61,388 bases of DNA. It comes from an uncultured Chitinophagaceae bacterium. GTDB taxonomy: Bacteria > Bacteroidota > Ignavibacteria > UBA10030 > UBA8401. The stretch covers positions 1 through 61,388 of the forward strand of contig CAYHZL010000002.1 of assembly GCA_964361075.1 (NCBI GenBank), written 5' to 3'. Shown here piece after piece: positions 1-10,633 of this stretch. The notes beneath the pieces are model-generated. The model worked only from the letters and a program-made list of their open reading frames with translations, searched no databases and was not told the origin of the DNA. How positions within the stretch are numbered: position 1 is the stretch's first letter; each line of letters opens with the position of its first letter. The translations under genes were made by a program, and so were the position numbers.

Positions 1-848
1 ACTCCACCAAATTATTTTTTGAAAAAGTCATTTTCCTGTTGAAGCAGTACAGTTGGGCTTCAAAAGTTTCTTTGTTGTTATTCATTACACCCATCAATTT
101 GGTTACAAATTTCAAAGCACTTACAAAAATTGCTAAAGACTTCATCAATGCCATAGGTGCACTTCCTACTGTTAATTTTTCTTTGGAATAATTTTGCACA
201 TAAATCTTTGCTTCTTCTTCTATATTCATCCCTTCCGAGCCTTGCACCGGATATTCTTTGTTGATTGATTTTTCTGTTTGAAAAGCATTCGCAACTTGCA
301 TCCCAAAATCTTCACCTGCTATCCACCAAGCTTTATAATTATGCTTGCCCATCATCATCATTTTTTTTCTCTGAACCATCCCATTTCTAAAATTCTCCAT
401 AAAATTGGAAGGATAAAAAATAGTATAAGGAATTTCACAATTTTTTATTTTGTCAATACTTGCCTTTTTAGCATTCATTACCCACCAGCTGCCTTGATAA
501 TTTCTTGCTAAAAAGGAAGATAAATAAGCGATTTGTTTAACATTACTTTGTTTAGCAACTGTAAGAATATTGTCTATATCCACTCATTTCTGGATTAAAC
601 TGATTTTCCTTGTCTTTATCTGTTGTGGATATATTGATATATAAACCATCAGTATTTTTTAATCCTTCTGCAATGGCATTTTTATTTTCTAAATCTCCTT
701 TTACAAACCTCACACCCGAAGGGAAAATTTGTTTGGCTTTTTCTACATTTCTTACTAACGCTGTTACTTCAAAACCCGCTTTTACCAATTCTTTTGTTAG
801 AGGAATACCTATCATTCCTGTTGCACCTATTACGGTTATTTTTTTCAT
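1..848 (-). pseudogene. NmrA/NAD(P)-binding Rossmann protein with one frameshift near 578; runs off the window edge
   Basis: ORF 552-848 begins KITVIGATGMIG (GxxGxxG). After EMSG a one-base shift gives an open frame IDNILTVAKQSNVKQIAYLSS...IPYTIFYPSNFMEN...AGEDFG...ETFEAQ that continues to position 1. Confidence 0.75.
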
Positions 849-886
849 TATTAATTCCTATTAAAATATTTTATGTTTGACGTCAA

Positions 887-1996
887 TCATTTTTCGTTTT
901 TTGATTCTGCTCGTTTTGGTTTTGGGGTTTTAAGCAAAGTAGTATCCATCTGTTTTACCTGTTTTGAAAGTAATACGGAATTAGTTATTAATTCTTTGAC
1001 TGAACGTTTAATATATCTGCTCTTCTTAAAAGCATCAACATTATTTACCATATCTTCTGCTATCCAACCTCTGCTCCAACCAACAAAATTAAATGGAGGC
1101 ATTGTAAAACCTAAATCGGTAAAAAAGGTATTTAGTTGTCCAACTACTGCTTGTATATTATCCTGCCCACCTGTAACAATAAAAGAAGCCACTTTATTTT
1201 TTATCAATACTTTGTCACGAATAGTTATTTGGTTTTGAACCGTGTTTAACCGTTCAGCCATTTTATAATAAAGTGAAGAGGCATTACCCCAGCGAATAGG
1301 AGTGGCAAGAATAACAACATCTGCCCAAAGTACCATAGTTCGATAAACCTCATTCATTCCATCTTCAGGATTCATTTCACTAATAGAACAGGGCCAGGTA
1401 CAAGCTTGTTCGTGCCGGCTGTAATATCCCTCGCAATGTCGAAAACTTAAATCACGAAGCTTAAGCATTTTTGTTTGAGCTCCGTATTCACCTTTAGCAA
1501 AATCCAAAGCTTCCTGTAATGCATTTTCACTCGTTGATTCTCTTGGTAAATCTTTATTCAAGTTCGTGGTTGAGATTCCCAAAATATTTAATGAGGTGGG
1601 CGTGGTTTGATATTCCAGATTTGTTAAATCAGCTAAAGGATCAAAATCATGTTTGGCTTTTACCGCTTTTACTATTGGCTCTCCCGAAACACAAATGACA
1701 CCGTTCTCAATCCGAACTTCATATACTGCTTGTTGGTCTTTGTATCCATGTGGAGCTTTGCCGGTTATCAAATTATATTGCCAGCCATGCCAAGGACACG
1801 CAACATACGTTTCCCCATCATCAAGTGTTTGAATAAAACCTTGTCCCAAATCTCCGCCTTTATGCAAACAGGCATTGCCAATAGCTGAAATTTTGTTGTT
1901 GTAATGGAACAATGCAATTTTTTTGTTGCCAAGGCTTACTGCTTTATGGCTGTTTTCGGATAATTCTGCAACAGGTATGGTTGGTATAAAATTCAT
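887..1996 (-). CDS. Rieske [2Fe-2S] domain fused to a flavodoxin-like NAD(P)H-dependent FMN reductase / iron-sulfur flavoprotein domain
   Basis: Rieske motifs CLH and CPWH; C-terminal ADVVILATPIRWG and TGGQD flavodoxin-fold motifs. Confidence 0.8.
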   Translation of the reverse strand: MNFIPTIPVAELSENSHKAVSLGNKKIALFHYNNKISAIGNACLHKGGDLGQGFIQTLDDGETYVACPWHGWQYNLITGKAPHGYKDQQAVYEVRIENGVICVSGEPIVKAVKAKHDFDPLADLTNLEYQTTPTSLNILGISTTNLNKDLPRESTSENALQEALDFAKGEYGAQTKMLKLRDLSFRHCEGYYSRHEQACTWPCSISEMNPEDGMNEVYRTMVLWADVVILATPIRWGNASSLYYKMAERLNTVQNQITIRDKVLIKNKVASFIVTGGQDNIQAVVGQLNTFFTDLGFTMPPFNFVGWSRGWIAEDMVNNVDAFKKSRYIKRSVKELITNSVLLSKQVKQMDTTLLKTPKPKRAESKNEK

Positions 1997-2026
1997 TGTA
2001 ATGACCCTTCAATTCTATTTTTCATT

Positions 2027-2556
2027 TCATATAATTCTTTTTAGTGTGTTTTCTTTTGTAACAACATAATGTTTAATTACCCCAACGACATGAATAATAA
2101 AAAATAAAACTATAATGCCGGAGAGTATTTCGTGAGATTCAAATGAAGGTATTTCACTATGGGATTTTATAAGTTCAGCGTTGTCATTTTTTATTGCTTC
2201 GCCATAACTACCTAATATCATAGTCGCAATTCCGGGAAACGATATTCCAAAAAGTAGAAAATAGAATATTCTGTGCACTAGTGCAGCGAATTTATCATTC
2301 CACACGAAATCTGTTTTTAAATCAGCAGGACGCGGCGCTTTGAAAAAAAATAACTTCTTATGCTGGTAAGAATAAAAACAACAAAACCAAAAATATTATG
2401 AATTTTAATCAGTCCCATTTTTTCTGAAGGAGCAAAGCCAGCCATATATTTTCCGAGCGGAAATAACAGCAGAATTAGCAGAACGGTGAGCCAATGCAGA
2501 ACAATAGTTCCCCCGCTGTATTTTTGAAGTAAATTGTTTTGAACATGTGTATTCAT
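2027..2556 (-). pseudogene. Cytochrome b561 family protein split by a frameshift in a T8 run (2343-2350)
   Basis: LHWLTVLL and IHNIFG lie in ORF 2317-2556; LVHRIFY, SHEIL and IHVVGVIKH lie in ORF 2027-2305. Adding one T joins them as RSYFFFKAPRPADLKTDFVWNDKF. Confidence 0.8.
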
Positions 2557-2652
2557 GAGGAATCATCCTAAATATTAGAGATGTTTGGAAAAATTAAAAT
2601 GAATATCGCTCCAAAAATTCCGGCTTGTTTGAAAATAAAAAATTACGTTATT

Positions 2653-3228
2653 TTAAAATTTATATCCAATTCTTAAAATCATTCCAGCAGGCGGCAGCCT
2701 AAAAGTTTGTGCTTCATAAACCCTTCCGCCTGTTGTAACATCTTTATCATTTACGTTAACATTTATGGCTAATGTAGGATCAATGAACAAATTAATATTT
2801 TTGAAAGGATACCAAAAATAACCAAACCGCAATCCAATACTTAGGAAATCTTTGGTAGCAGACTGAATGGATAGTTTTTCGGTTGCTATATAATCAAAGA
2901 AATAATTAAGAGTTCCCCCTGCAAAAAAGCCTTTCAAATGGTCTTTTAAAAAATAGTTGTAATTCAATTCTAAATTTTTGTATTTGGTATCGAAATCAGA
3001 TTTTTGTAATGCAATTGGGTCAGATTTTTCTGTTTGTCTGTATTTTACACCTATTTTAATTTTCCCGAAACCATAAGCACCCTCTACATCAAATCCGCCG
3101 GATATCATCACAAACGGCTCTGCTATGAATAGAAGGCTTTTTTCATTTACTATTTTCTCTTGAGCATAAGAACTGCTCATTAGAGATAAAACAAGGAAAG
3201 TAAACAACAAATATTTTTTATGTTTCAT
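2653..3228 (-). CDS. Secreted outer-membrane beta-barrel protein (DUF3575-like)
   Basis: Signal peptide; amphipathic strands; C-terminal RIGYKF. Confidence 0.6.
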   Translation of the reverse strand: MKHKKYLLFTFLVLSLMSSSYAQEKIVNEKSLLFIAEPFVMISGGFDVEGAYGFGKIKIGVKYRQTEKSDPIALQKSDFDTKYKNLELNYNYFLKDHLKGFFAGGTLNYFFDYIATEKLSIQSATKDFLSIGLRFGYFWYPFKNINLFIDPTLAINVNVNDKDVTTGGRVYEAQTFRLPPAGMILRIGYKF

Positions 3229-3275
3229 TTATTTTAATATTTCATTGATGAAAGTTTTTAAGAAAAGAGTTGTTA

Positions 3276-3854
3276 TTATTCTAATCCCGACAATTTATTT
3301 TCAATGCGTTTATCAGGGATAAGCCACATGACTGAAACGGTCACGTACAATGCGAGGGCGATCCATGCATCTACAAAAGCAAGCGGAATTGCTGTTGTGT
3401 AAATTAAAAGAGACCACATTCCTTTCGGATCTTTACTTAATATTCTGATCACTGAATTCTCATCATGGTTTGCGACTAATGTGCGTACGAGAATGAAGAA
3501 GGAGAACCCTGATAACCAGAGAACACAACCATACACCGCTACGGGGATTGTAGCAAAATTACTTTCTCCCATCCAGCCCGTAACAAAAGGGACCAACGAC
3601 AGCCAAAACAGCAAATGCAAATTTGCCCACAGTACACTTGCGTTAACATGCTTGGATGCATGCAAGACATGATGATGATTGTTCCAATAAATTCCAATAA
3701 AGACAAAACTAAAAACATAACTCAGGAATTTAGATTTTATCGAAACCAACGCTTCAAGATTGTCTCCTTCAGGGATGTGCAATTCCAGAATCATGATTGT
3801 GATGATGATTGCAATCACGCCATCGCTGAAAGCTTCTAATCTACCTTTGTGCAT
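3276..3854 (-). CDS. TMEM175 family potassium channel (DUF1211)
   Basis: RLEAFSDGVIAIIITIMILE signature; WNNHH. Confidence 0.9.
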   Translation of the reverse strand: MHKGRLEAFSDGVIAIIITIMILELHIPEGDNLEALVSIKSKFLSYVFSFVFIGIYWNNHHHVLHASKHVNASVLWANLHLLFWLSLVPFVTGWMGESNFATIPVAVYGCVLWLSGFSFFILVRTLVANHDENSVIRILSKDPKGMWSLLIYTTAIPLAFVDAWIALALYVTVSVMWLIPDKRIENKLSGLE

Positions 3855-3860
3855 TTGATA

Positions 3861-4271
3861 TTACCCTTGTACAGTGAACGGCGCCAATTTCCATCTGCCG
3901 TAGGCGATGAATGTTGCTATGGCAAACAAACTTAGTGTTACCGGCAACATAAAGAATTCACCTCGAAACGCATGAGTAAGATTTGCCAACAGCATAATCA
4001 CAGAAATTCCCGCTGCTGCCAGCGTTGTTAACTGCGGACGGATTTTAAGCGCAGCTGGTAGAATGAGACCGATCGCGCCGAGCAGTTCACTGATACCGAT
4101 GAAACGGACAAGCGGGGCGGGAGTATACCCTACCCAAAATATCGTTTTCACTACAACGGAAAGATCGCCGAATGCTTTCTGATATCCCGCCATAAAATAC
4201 ATTACGGTAAGTACTACTTGCAACACCCATAAGACGATGTTCAGTTTTTTATTCGTTGTTTGTTGTGTCAT
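3861..4271 (-). CDS. DoxX family membrane protein
   Basis: LWVLQ...AGYQK...IGISELLGAIGLILP; probable start MTQQ at 4271 after an AGGAG-type RBS. Confidence 0.85.
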   Translation of the reverse strand: MTQQTTNKKLNIVLWVLQVVLTVMYFMAGYQKAFGDLSVVVKTIFWVGYTPAPLVRFIGISELLGAIGLILPAALKIRPQLTTLAAAGISVIMLLANLTHAFRGEFFMLPVTLSLFAIATFIAYGRWKLAPFTVQG

Positions 4272-4457
4272 ATTCCTTCTCCTTATAATGAATAGGGTTT
4301 TATTAAAAATAAATTTCAGTGTTATGAGTGTTCTGCCTAGCAACCTCTCAAGCGTAGGGAAAGATTGATTGAATTGTTCGTTAGAAACACAAAAATAAAA
4401 ACAAATAGAAAAGATTTTTTATTTTTCATTTTGTTTCCTTCCTAAAATAGTTATTAC

Positions 4458-4868
4458 TTATTTTTTTAACTGCGCCATTGCTGTTGCCCATTCTTCAAGA
4501 TGATAAACGGATTTTATTTGTCCGTTTTCTACTGTGTGAATATCAATGGACATTGTACTGAATGATTTTGAGCCGTCTAAAGTTAATCCCATAAATTCAC
4601 CTTTGGGCGAACCGCTGAATGTGCTTCTTACAATAACTTTATTGCCATCTTGCAATATTTCTTGTGGCTCCCATTTTAGATCAGGAACTAATTTCCAGAA
4701 GAATTGAATCTGTCCGATTAACGCCGTTTTTCCTTTTGTCTCTTTCGTATTGATGGATTGAAAATCATCAGCTAATAAACTTCCCATTGTTGCCGCAACA
4801 TCGGTATGCGCGTTCACTGTTAAGCAATCTGTATAGAATGCTTTTACAATTTCTTTTACGTTTTCCAT
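4458..4868 (-). CDS. SnoaL-like ester cyclase family protein
   Basis: PDLKW...DGNKVIVRS...G.PKGEFMG...IDIHTVENGQI pattern. Confidence 0.85.
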   Translation of the reverse strand: MENVKEIVKAFYTDCLTVNAHTDVAATMGSLLADDFQSINTKETKGKTALIGQIQFFWKLVPDLKWEPQEILQDGNKVIVRSTFSGSPKGEFMGLTLDGSKSFSTMSIDIHTVENGQIKSVYHLEEWATAMAQLKK

Positions 4869-4999
4869 TGTACAATCTCCTTTGTTTAGTGTATCAGTGA
4901 TTTACGATATAAAGATATGATCCCTCAACATTGCAAGAAAGGTACGTTTCATCCTTAATATGATACATTTCAACCAAAGGCTGACAGGCAGGAAATTAC

Positions 5000-5869
5000 T
5001 TAGAGAGAATAGCTTTCTCTGAACTCAACCGGAGTCTTAGATACGTGTTTTCGAAAATATTTAATGAAATTGGTTGGTTCGGCAAAACCTAATGCAAAAC
5101 TAATTTCTTTTATATTTTGATGTGTATGAATGAGAAGGCGTTTCGCTTCCAACACAATTCTATCATCAATCATTTGCTTGGGGGTTTTGCCCAATATTTT
5201 TTTTGTTGCTTGGTTTAATCGTTTCTCAGAAACATGTAGTAAGCAGGAATACTCTTTTACGGATTTAAGAAGATGGAATTTTTCATCAAGCACATCTTTG
5301 AATAAAATTGTATAGTCGAGGTCGGCGCCTTTTTTTAGCCGTGTAAAACCGTGCGTGCCTTTTACTCTTTCAGCATACATCAATAATATGTGAAGAAGGT
5401 TTTTCAAAATATTGTATTGGTTTTTATCGGGTTTATTCTCTAGTTCCTTTTCTATTAAATAAAATAATCGTTCAAATTTTTTGTTTGATTTTTTTATTTG
5501 AATAGTTGAAGTAGATAGAAGGTTATTGAAAAGATTTGTGTTGTGTAAAAATTTTCTATCGGCTTCGGTAACGCAAAAAAACTCATCTGTAAAAATCAAA
5601 ACTTTACCATCATAGCGCGATGACTTATCGAACAAATGTACATTGTCTTTATTAATGAAGAGCAACGAGTGTGGTTTTATTTTTATCGGAGTAAAATCTA
5701 CAATATGCGTCGGACTGCAGTTTTCAAATAAAAAGATGTGGTAAAAATTAGTTCTATGCGGAATAGTGAGTGCGTTGCTGTGTTTTTTTATTAAACCGGA
5801 AAGATGAACGACTTCAATTTGTAATGAATGGTTATTTTCAAAATCAACTTTTTTTATTTCTCTTGTCAT
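5000..5869 (-). CDS. AraC family transcriptional regulator
   Basis: PHRTNFY N-terminal domain; C-terminal EAKRLL...IKEISFALGF...NFIKYFRK...TP.EFR helix-turn-helix. Confidence 0.95.
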   Translation of the reverse strand: MTREIKKVDFENNHSLQIEVVHLSGLIKKHSNALTIPHRTNFYHIFLFENCSPTHIVDFTPIKIKPHSLLFINKDNVHLFDKSSRYDGKVLIFTDEFFCVTEADRKFLHNTNLFNNLLSTSTIQIKKSNKKFERLFYLIEKELENKPDKNQYNILKNLLHILLMYAERVKGTHGFTRLKKGADLDYTILFKDVLDEKFHLLKSVKEYSCLLHVSEKRLNQATKKILGKTPKQMIDDRIVLEAKRLLIHTHQNIKEISFALGFAEPTNFIKYFRKHVSKTPVEFRESYSL

Positions 5870-6064
5870 TCGTGATTGTAGGAATATTTAAAAAATTTAC
5901 GTTATTTTTTTGCGTGATTTCTATTTCCACGAAGTTGTGTTTTAAATTGTTGACGGAGGTGGCTATATCATTGTTGGTAACTCTTGTATAAACGAATTGT
6001 TGCATCCATTGTACCACTTTGAGTTAAGATACGCAACAAAAGTTGCATTTATTCTCTATCGGGT

Positions 6065-6250
6065 CTAATACCCCGACGTCACAAAGTGATCCTTCAAAGG
6101 AGTCTGGCGAAGCCATCACTTCGTAACTTCGGACCTTCGGGGCTTGCATCGTCATTCCCGCACGCTTTTGGCGGGAATCTAAAAATATGGATGCCCGCCT
6201 TCGCAGGCGTGACGAATATCCCGCAGTTTGCAGCGGGGATGATTTATTTT
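6065..6250. repeat. Composite REP-like palindrome cluster with nested short palindromes
   Basis: CGTCATTCCCGC...GCGGGAATC...GGATGCCCG...GTGACG (6150-6214) matches the reverse complement of 13131-13199; also CCCGCAGTTTGCAGCGGG and GAAG/CTTC micro-palindromes. Confidence 0.7.
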
Positions 6251-6376
6251 ACATGATTGATGTATGCGGGCTTAAAGTATAATGAAGCGAATTATTGGGT
6301 TGAACTATACAACCATACAAGAGTATACGCTATCTGAGAAAAATTTTTACTATTTTCTAATAATACTTTTATTCAC

Positions 6377-7495
6377 GTGTTACAAAAAAAAAGGATTTTT
6401 GTGTTTCGTCTTACCTGTTTTTGTGCTATTAGCCATGTATGTCTTTCAATTCTTTTCTCTCAAGAAAACGCATCACATAAAAATTATTTCTACAACGGAA
6501 AAGATTTTGGTTCCGAAGCAATGTTTAATCCGCTTTCAAGCATCATCAACAGCGGATTTGATATTTTACAATCTGCAACACATTCACGCAACCTCTCGAC
6601 AATTAAATTTGGTACAGGTGCAAAAAATTTGTGGGAAAATTTAAAAGATCCTATTCCGCAAATTAATAAATTTGGCTGGGAACGTTTCATTTCGCAGGAA
6701 ATTTTTCCGCTGAGTTTTACTATCGATAAAGCGCAATATTTTCCCAACTACACATTACATCTAATCGGAGGCGGTATGGAATACCGTGCGATGAACGAAT
6801 GGTACGAATATCACCACGTTCCGTTCGCACCGCTGTTCACAGCGCTTTCGTTTGCAACAGCACATTTTGTTAACGAGGCAGTAGAAAACGATGCGTATGT
6901 TGGACCGAATGTTGATCCGATTGCCGATATGTATGTGTTCGATCTTGGCGGCGCATTGTTGTTTTCTTCCGATGCCGTATGTGAATTTTTCAGCAAACAA
7001 GTGCAGCTTACCGATTGGTCCGGGCAAGTGTCGTACAATCCGCGCTTCAACACCATCGAAAATAACGGACAAAACTTTGTTATGAAAATTCCAATTCCGT
7101 ATCTCGACCGCACAAAAATATTTTATTACTTTGGCGATAGCGGCTTGCTTGGTCTTTCATTTCTGCAAAAAGATAATACATGTTTTTCTGCAGGTGCAGG
7201 ACTTGTTGCAAAAGCCTTGCGCGAAGTTGATAACCGCAACGGCGCACGCACAATTTCACTTGAGCTTGGGTGGATTGCAGGTTTGTTTTACGATAAAGAT
7301 AATTCGTTGCTCACATCGCTCATTGTTTCAGATCGTATAAATGAGAAAGTGAAGTTGAATATTTATCCGGGCGTTTTTCATGTTGGTGAAATTTCTCCAG
7401 GAATGTTTGCAAGTATCGGCAATGGCAATCAATTTATTGCAGGCATCACAGTGCGCTATTCGCCTGTGGGAATAGCATACAGGAATTCAGAATAG
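6377..7495 (+). CDS. Hypothetical secreted/outer-membrane protein
   Basis: 372-aa ORF with signal-like N-terminus and a Gly/aromatic-rich C-terminal half; start uncertain. Confidence 0.65.
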   Translation: MLQKKRIFVFRLTCFCAISHVCLSILFSQENASHKNYFYNGKDFGSEAMFNPLSSIINSGFDILQSATHSRNLSTIKFGTGAKNLWENLKDPIPQINKFGWERFISQEIFPLSFTIDKAQYFPNYTLHLIGGGMEYRAMNEWYEYHHVPFAPLFTALSFATAHFVNEAVENDAYVGPNVDPIADMYVFDLGGALLFSSDAVCEFFSKQVQLTDWSGQVSYNPRFNTIENNGQNFVMKIPIPYLDRTKIFYYFGDSGLLGLSFLQKDNTCFSAGAGLVAKALREVDNRNGARTISLELGWIAGLFYDKDNSLLTSLIVSDRINEKVKLNIYPGVFHVGEISPGMFASIGNGNQFIAGITVRYSPVGIAYRNSE

Positions 7496-7650
7496 AACCC
7501 ATCTCAAAAATGGATGGTCATTGCGAGGGAGCGAAGCGACCGAAGCAATCTTTCAATAAAAAAGAAAAAAGCAAGATTGTCCCGCTGTACGGGATTCCGT
7601 ACAGCGGAACTTCGCCAAAAACGGCTCGCAATGACTTTTAAGATGATTAA
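7493..7650. repeat. GTCATTGCGAG...CTCGCAATGAC REP-like element with an internal CCGCTGTACGG palindrome
   Basis: Same family as 37293-37409; each carries the same ~27-bp palindrome at a different internal position. Confidence 0.75.
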
Positions 7651-7671
7651 AAAAAATTAAAAGGAGCATCA

Positions 7672-8445
7672 ATGCATTCACTTAAAAATAAAATCGTATT
7701 TATTACCGGAGCGTCCAGCGGATTTGGTGCTGCAAGTGCTCACCAATTTGCAGAACTTGGTGCGAAACTACTACTCTGTGCACGACGTATTGATCGTTTA
7801 CAAACACTTGCCGATGAATTACGAAAAAAGTTTTCCATCGAAATATATACGATACAACTTGATGTGCGCAAACGAAGCGATGTGCAACGCGCGCTTGCCA
7901 ATCTGCCGACAGAATGGAAAAATATTTCTGTGTTAGTGAACAATGCCGGTCTTTCGCGCGGACTCGATACGATTCAAGACGGCAATATCGATGACTGGGA
8001 TGAAATGATTGATACAAATGTGAAGGGCTTGCTCTATATTACGCGCGCCGTGGTACCGGGGATGGTGGAGCGCAACGATGGGCACATCATCAACATCGGT
8101 TCTGCAGCGGGACATTGGATGTATCCGAAAGGAAATGTGTACAGCGCGACCAAGTTTGCCGTGAAGGCACTAACGCAGGGAATGAAAATGGATTTACTCG
8201 GAACACCAATTCGTGTCAGCACGGTTGATCCCGGTTTAGTGGAAACGGAATTCAGCATTGTGCGTTTCCATGGCGACAAAGAAAAAGCGCGCGCGGCATA
8301 TAAAGGTATGACACCTCTCAGCGCAGATGATGTTGCAGAAACAGTTGTGTGGATTGCAACACGTCCGCCGCATGTGAATGTGAACGAAGTCATTCTTATG
8401 CCGACTGACCAATCGCACACGATGTTGGTGCACAGAAAAAGTTAA
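7672..8445 (+). CDS. SDR family oxidoreductase (YdfG-like)
   Basis: TGASSGFG, NNAG, YSATK motifs. Confidence 0.9.
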   Translation: MHSLKNKIVFITGASSGFGAASAHQFAELGAKLLLCARRIDRLQTLADELRKKFSIEIYTIQLDVRKRSDVQRALANLPTEWKNISVLVNNAGLSRGLDTIQDGNIDDWDEMIDTNVKGLLYITRAVVPGMVERNDGHIINIGSAAGHWMYPKGNVYSATKFAVKALTQGMKMDLLGTPIRVSTVDPGLVETEFSIVRFHGDKEKARAAYKGMTPLSADDVAETVVWIATRPPHVNVNEVILMPTDQSHTMLVHRKS

Positions 8446-8466
8446 ACATTTTTTTTGGAGAAAAAG

Positions 8467-8940
8467 ATGAACTCTGAAATTCAACTTCTGCTTCAGATGA
8501 TAGATGAAGCGTTCGAAAAAAAAGCGTGGCATGGTGCAAATTTAAAAGGTTCCATTCGCGGAATTACTGCCGAGCAAGCGTTGTGGCGTGCAAAAAGGAA
8601 TCGCCACAACATTGCCGAAATTATTATTCACTGCGCATATTGGAAATATATTGTGCGAAGAAGAATAACAGGAAAAGAGCGCGGCTCGTTTCCACTGAAG
8701 GGAAGTAATTGGATACAGCGTAACTCACCGTATTCTGAAAAAAAATTGAAGGAAGATATTACACTGCTGAAGCAAACCCACAAAGAATTGCGCAAGGCGA
8801 TTGCTTTCATGAATCCGAAAGAATTGGAAAAATTTCCGAAGGGAAGTACGTTTACTAATCGCACCACCTTGTATGGCATAGCACAACACGATGTGTACCA
8901 CGCAGGACAAATTCAGTTGCTGAAGCGGTTGATGGAATAA
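8467..8940 (+). CDS. DinB family protein
   Basis: AWHG, IIHCAYW, HDVYHAGQI. Confidence 0.85.
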   Translation: MNSEIQLLLQMIDEAFEKKAWHGANLKGSIRGITAEQALWRAKRNRHNIAEIIIHCAYWKYIVRRRITGKERGSFPLKGSNWIQRNSPYSEKKLKEDITLLKQTHKELRKAIAFMNPKELEKFPKGSTFTNRTTLYGIAQHDVYHAGQIQLLKRLME

Positions 8941-8942
8941 AA

Positions 8943-9890
8943 TTATTTGTAAGGAATACTAATTCTGTCTGCAATATCGAACCCCGAAAAATCTTTTCGC
9001 AACATTTTCACATTGAAGTGTAATTCGGTTGGAAGCAATTCGCACTCAACGTAATGAAAAAATCGTTGTTCATTTTTAAGAGGTGATATATCAGCATATC
9101 GCTGTTCGCTGCCTGGCAACAGCGGATGCAGTAATCCTCCGCCTCCGCCAATCACCAAAAAATCTTTTTCCTCTTTTCGAAAATGTTCGTAGGCATGTGC
9201 GTGTCCGCTTAAAAATATTTTGCATTTTTTATATTTAATAAACGGAGTAGCAAATTCTTTTTGCACGCGCTCTTCCGGCGGAACAATAGTGCTGTTTGTA
9301 TATGGCGGATGATGGCTTGCAACAATCACAACACTGACCGTTGAATCTGTATCGAGCTTTGCAAGTTCTTTATTGTACCATCGCGTTTGTGCGCTTTGTT
9401 CATCGTTCGAGAGGAACGAAAAATTTGAATTGAGTACGACAATTGCAACGTGTTCAATTTTTTTTACATACCACGATGGGGAATAAATTAAAAATCTTCG
9501 ATTGAAATTTTCTTTTGCGTTCGGCGGGAAAAAATAATAATCGTGCTTGCCGAATGCAGGATAGATTGGAATTGTCAAATGTGAATGGAAAGCATCGAAC
9601 GCTTCCCAATATGAGTCAAACATTCCAGCCGCCGTAAAATCTCCGAGATGAAATAACGCCACCGCCGATGTTTCTTTTTCGATTGCAGAATAAATTTTTT
9701 GCGTCGCCTCTTCGTTGTTTTGTTTTTTCAGACGAAGTGTTTCAAACCAGAGCGGCTGTTGTGTGTCGGAAAGAAAAAGAATGGTGTGAGCAGAATGTTT
9801 TTGTTGTGTGTTGGTTTTTTCCTGTGGAAATTCTGTTGCAGAACTCTGCATAACAGCGAGAAGAACACACACACATAGTTTTCGATACAT
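8943..9890 (-). CDS. Secreted calcineurin-like metallophosphoesterase
   Basis: SDTQ, HLGD, GKHD (usually GNHD), HHPPY, GHAH motifs. Confidence 0.85.
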   Translation of the reverse strand: MYRKLCVCVLLAVMQSSATEFPQEKTNTQQKHSAHTILFLSDTQQPLWFETLRLKKQNNEEATQKIYSAIEKETSAVALFHLGDFTAAGMFDSYWEAFDAFHSHLTIPIYPAFGKHDYYFFPPNAKENFNRRFLIYSPSWYVKKIEHVAIVVLNSNFSFLSNDEQSAQTRWYNKELAKLDTDSTVSVVIVASHHPPYTNSTIVPPEERVQKEFATPFIKYKKCKIFLSGHAHAYEHFRKEEKDFLVIGGGGGLLHPLLPGSEQRYADISPLKNEQRFFHYVECELLPTELHFNVKMLRKDFSGFDIADRISIPYK

Positions 9891-10108
9891 ATACTTCTTT
9901 CAAAAAGAATTTATTTCTATTCTACAATTTTTTCTTTTCAAAAGAAACAGACGCATTGCACCTTCAGCAAAAGGTTACATACATTTGTAACAAGTTTTGA
10001 TTTCTTATCAATTCGGTTATCTAACAGGCAAAATCGAAGGGACTCCCTTGGAGCAATGACATAATTCTGTTGTTTTTCAGAGGTTTCTAAACAAGAGTAT
10101 TATCTGGA

Positions 10109-10336
10109 TTATAAATATTCTCTAAATTTATCCATAGTCAACCCAGTTCCTTCAACAATAGTTGCAAATGTTTTAGGATGAATTATTTGTTTAGAATGGT
10201 AGGCAACAATTACAATCTTGCCTGCAGTAGGGTGTTTCCATTTCTGATGACTTCCACGCTGGCTCACTTTAATAAAGCCCAGCCTTCTTAATGCACGAAT
10301 AACATCATCAGCGGTTACTCTCGGAGCGGCGGGCAT
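10109..10336 (-). CDS. hicA: HicA family mRNA interferase toxin
   Basis: LRRLGF...QRGSHQKWKHP...H motif. Confidence 0.9.
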   Translation of the reverse strand: MPAAPRVTADDVIRALRRLGFIKVSQRGSHQKWKHPTAGKIVIVAYHSKQIIHPKTFATIVEGTGLTMDKFREYL

Positions 10337-10539
10337 TACACAATCATCCTGATGAGTTTTGCTTTTCGGTGTGAGTTTTTCAGATCAATTCTATCAGGTT
10401 CAAGATAGAGTTGAATTGCTTCTTTAATTAATTTTCGGACTTCTGTTTCTGTTTTTCCCCATGTGCCGCATCCGGGAAGTGCCGGTACTTTCGCGTGGTA
10501 TCCATCTCCATCCGGTTCTATAACAACTGATAATCGCAT
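10336..10539 (-). CDS. hicB: HicB family antitoxin (short form, upstream of hicA)
   Basis: YHAKVPALPGCGTWGKTE.E...IKEAIQLYLE; TAATG overlap with hicA. Confidence 0.9.
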   Translation of the reverse strand: MRLSVVIEPDGDGYHAKVPALPGCGTWGKTETEVRKLIKEAIQLYLEPDRIDLKNSHRKAKLIRMIV

Positions 10540-10601
10540 GTGTAATCCTTTTTTTATTTAAGATAGCAACCATACAAGAGATTTGCAATACAGTAAAACA
10601 C

Positions 10602-10633
10602 AAAAACCCAAACGATTGTTCGCTTGGGTTTTT
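10602..10633. terminator. Hairpin with A/T flanks, possible bidirectional terminator
   Basis: AAAAACCCAAACGA-TTGT-TCGCTTGGGTTTTT. Confidence 0.45.
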
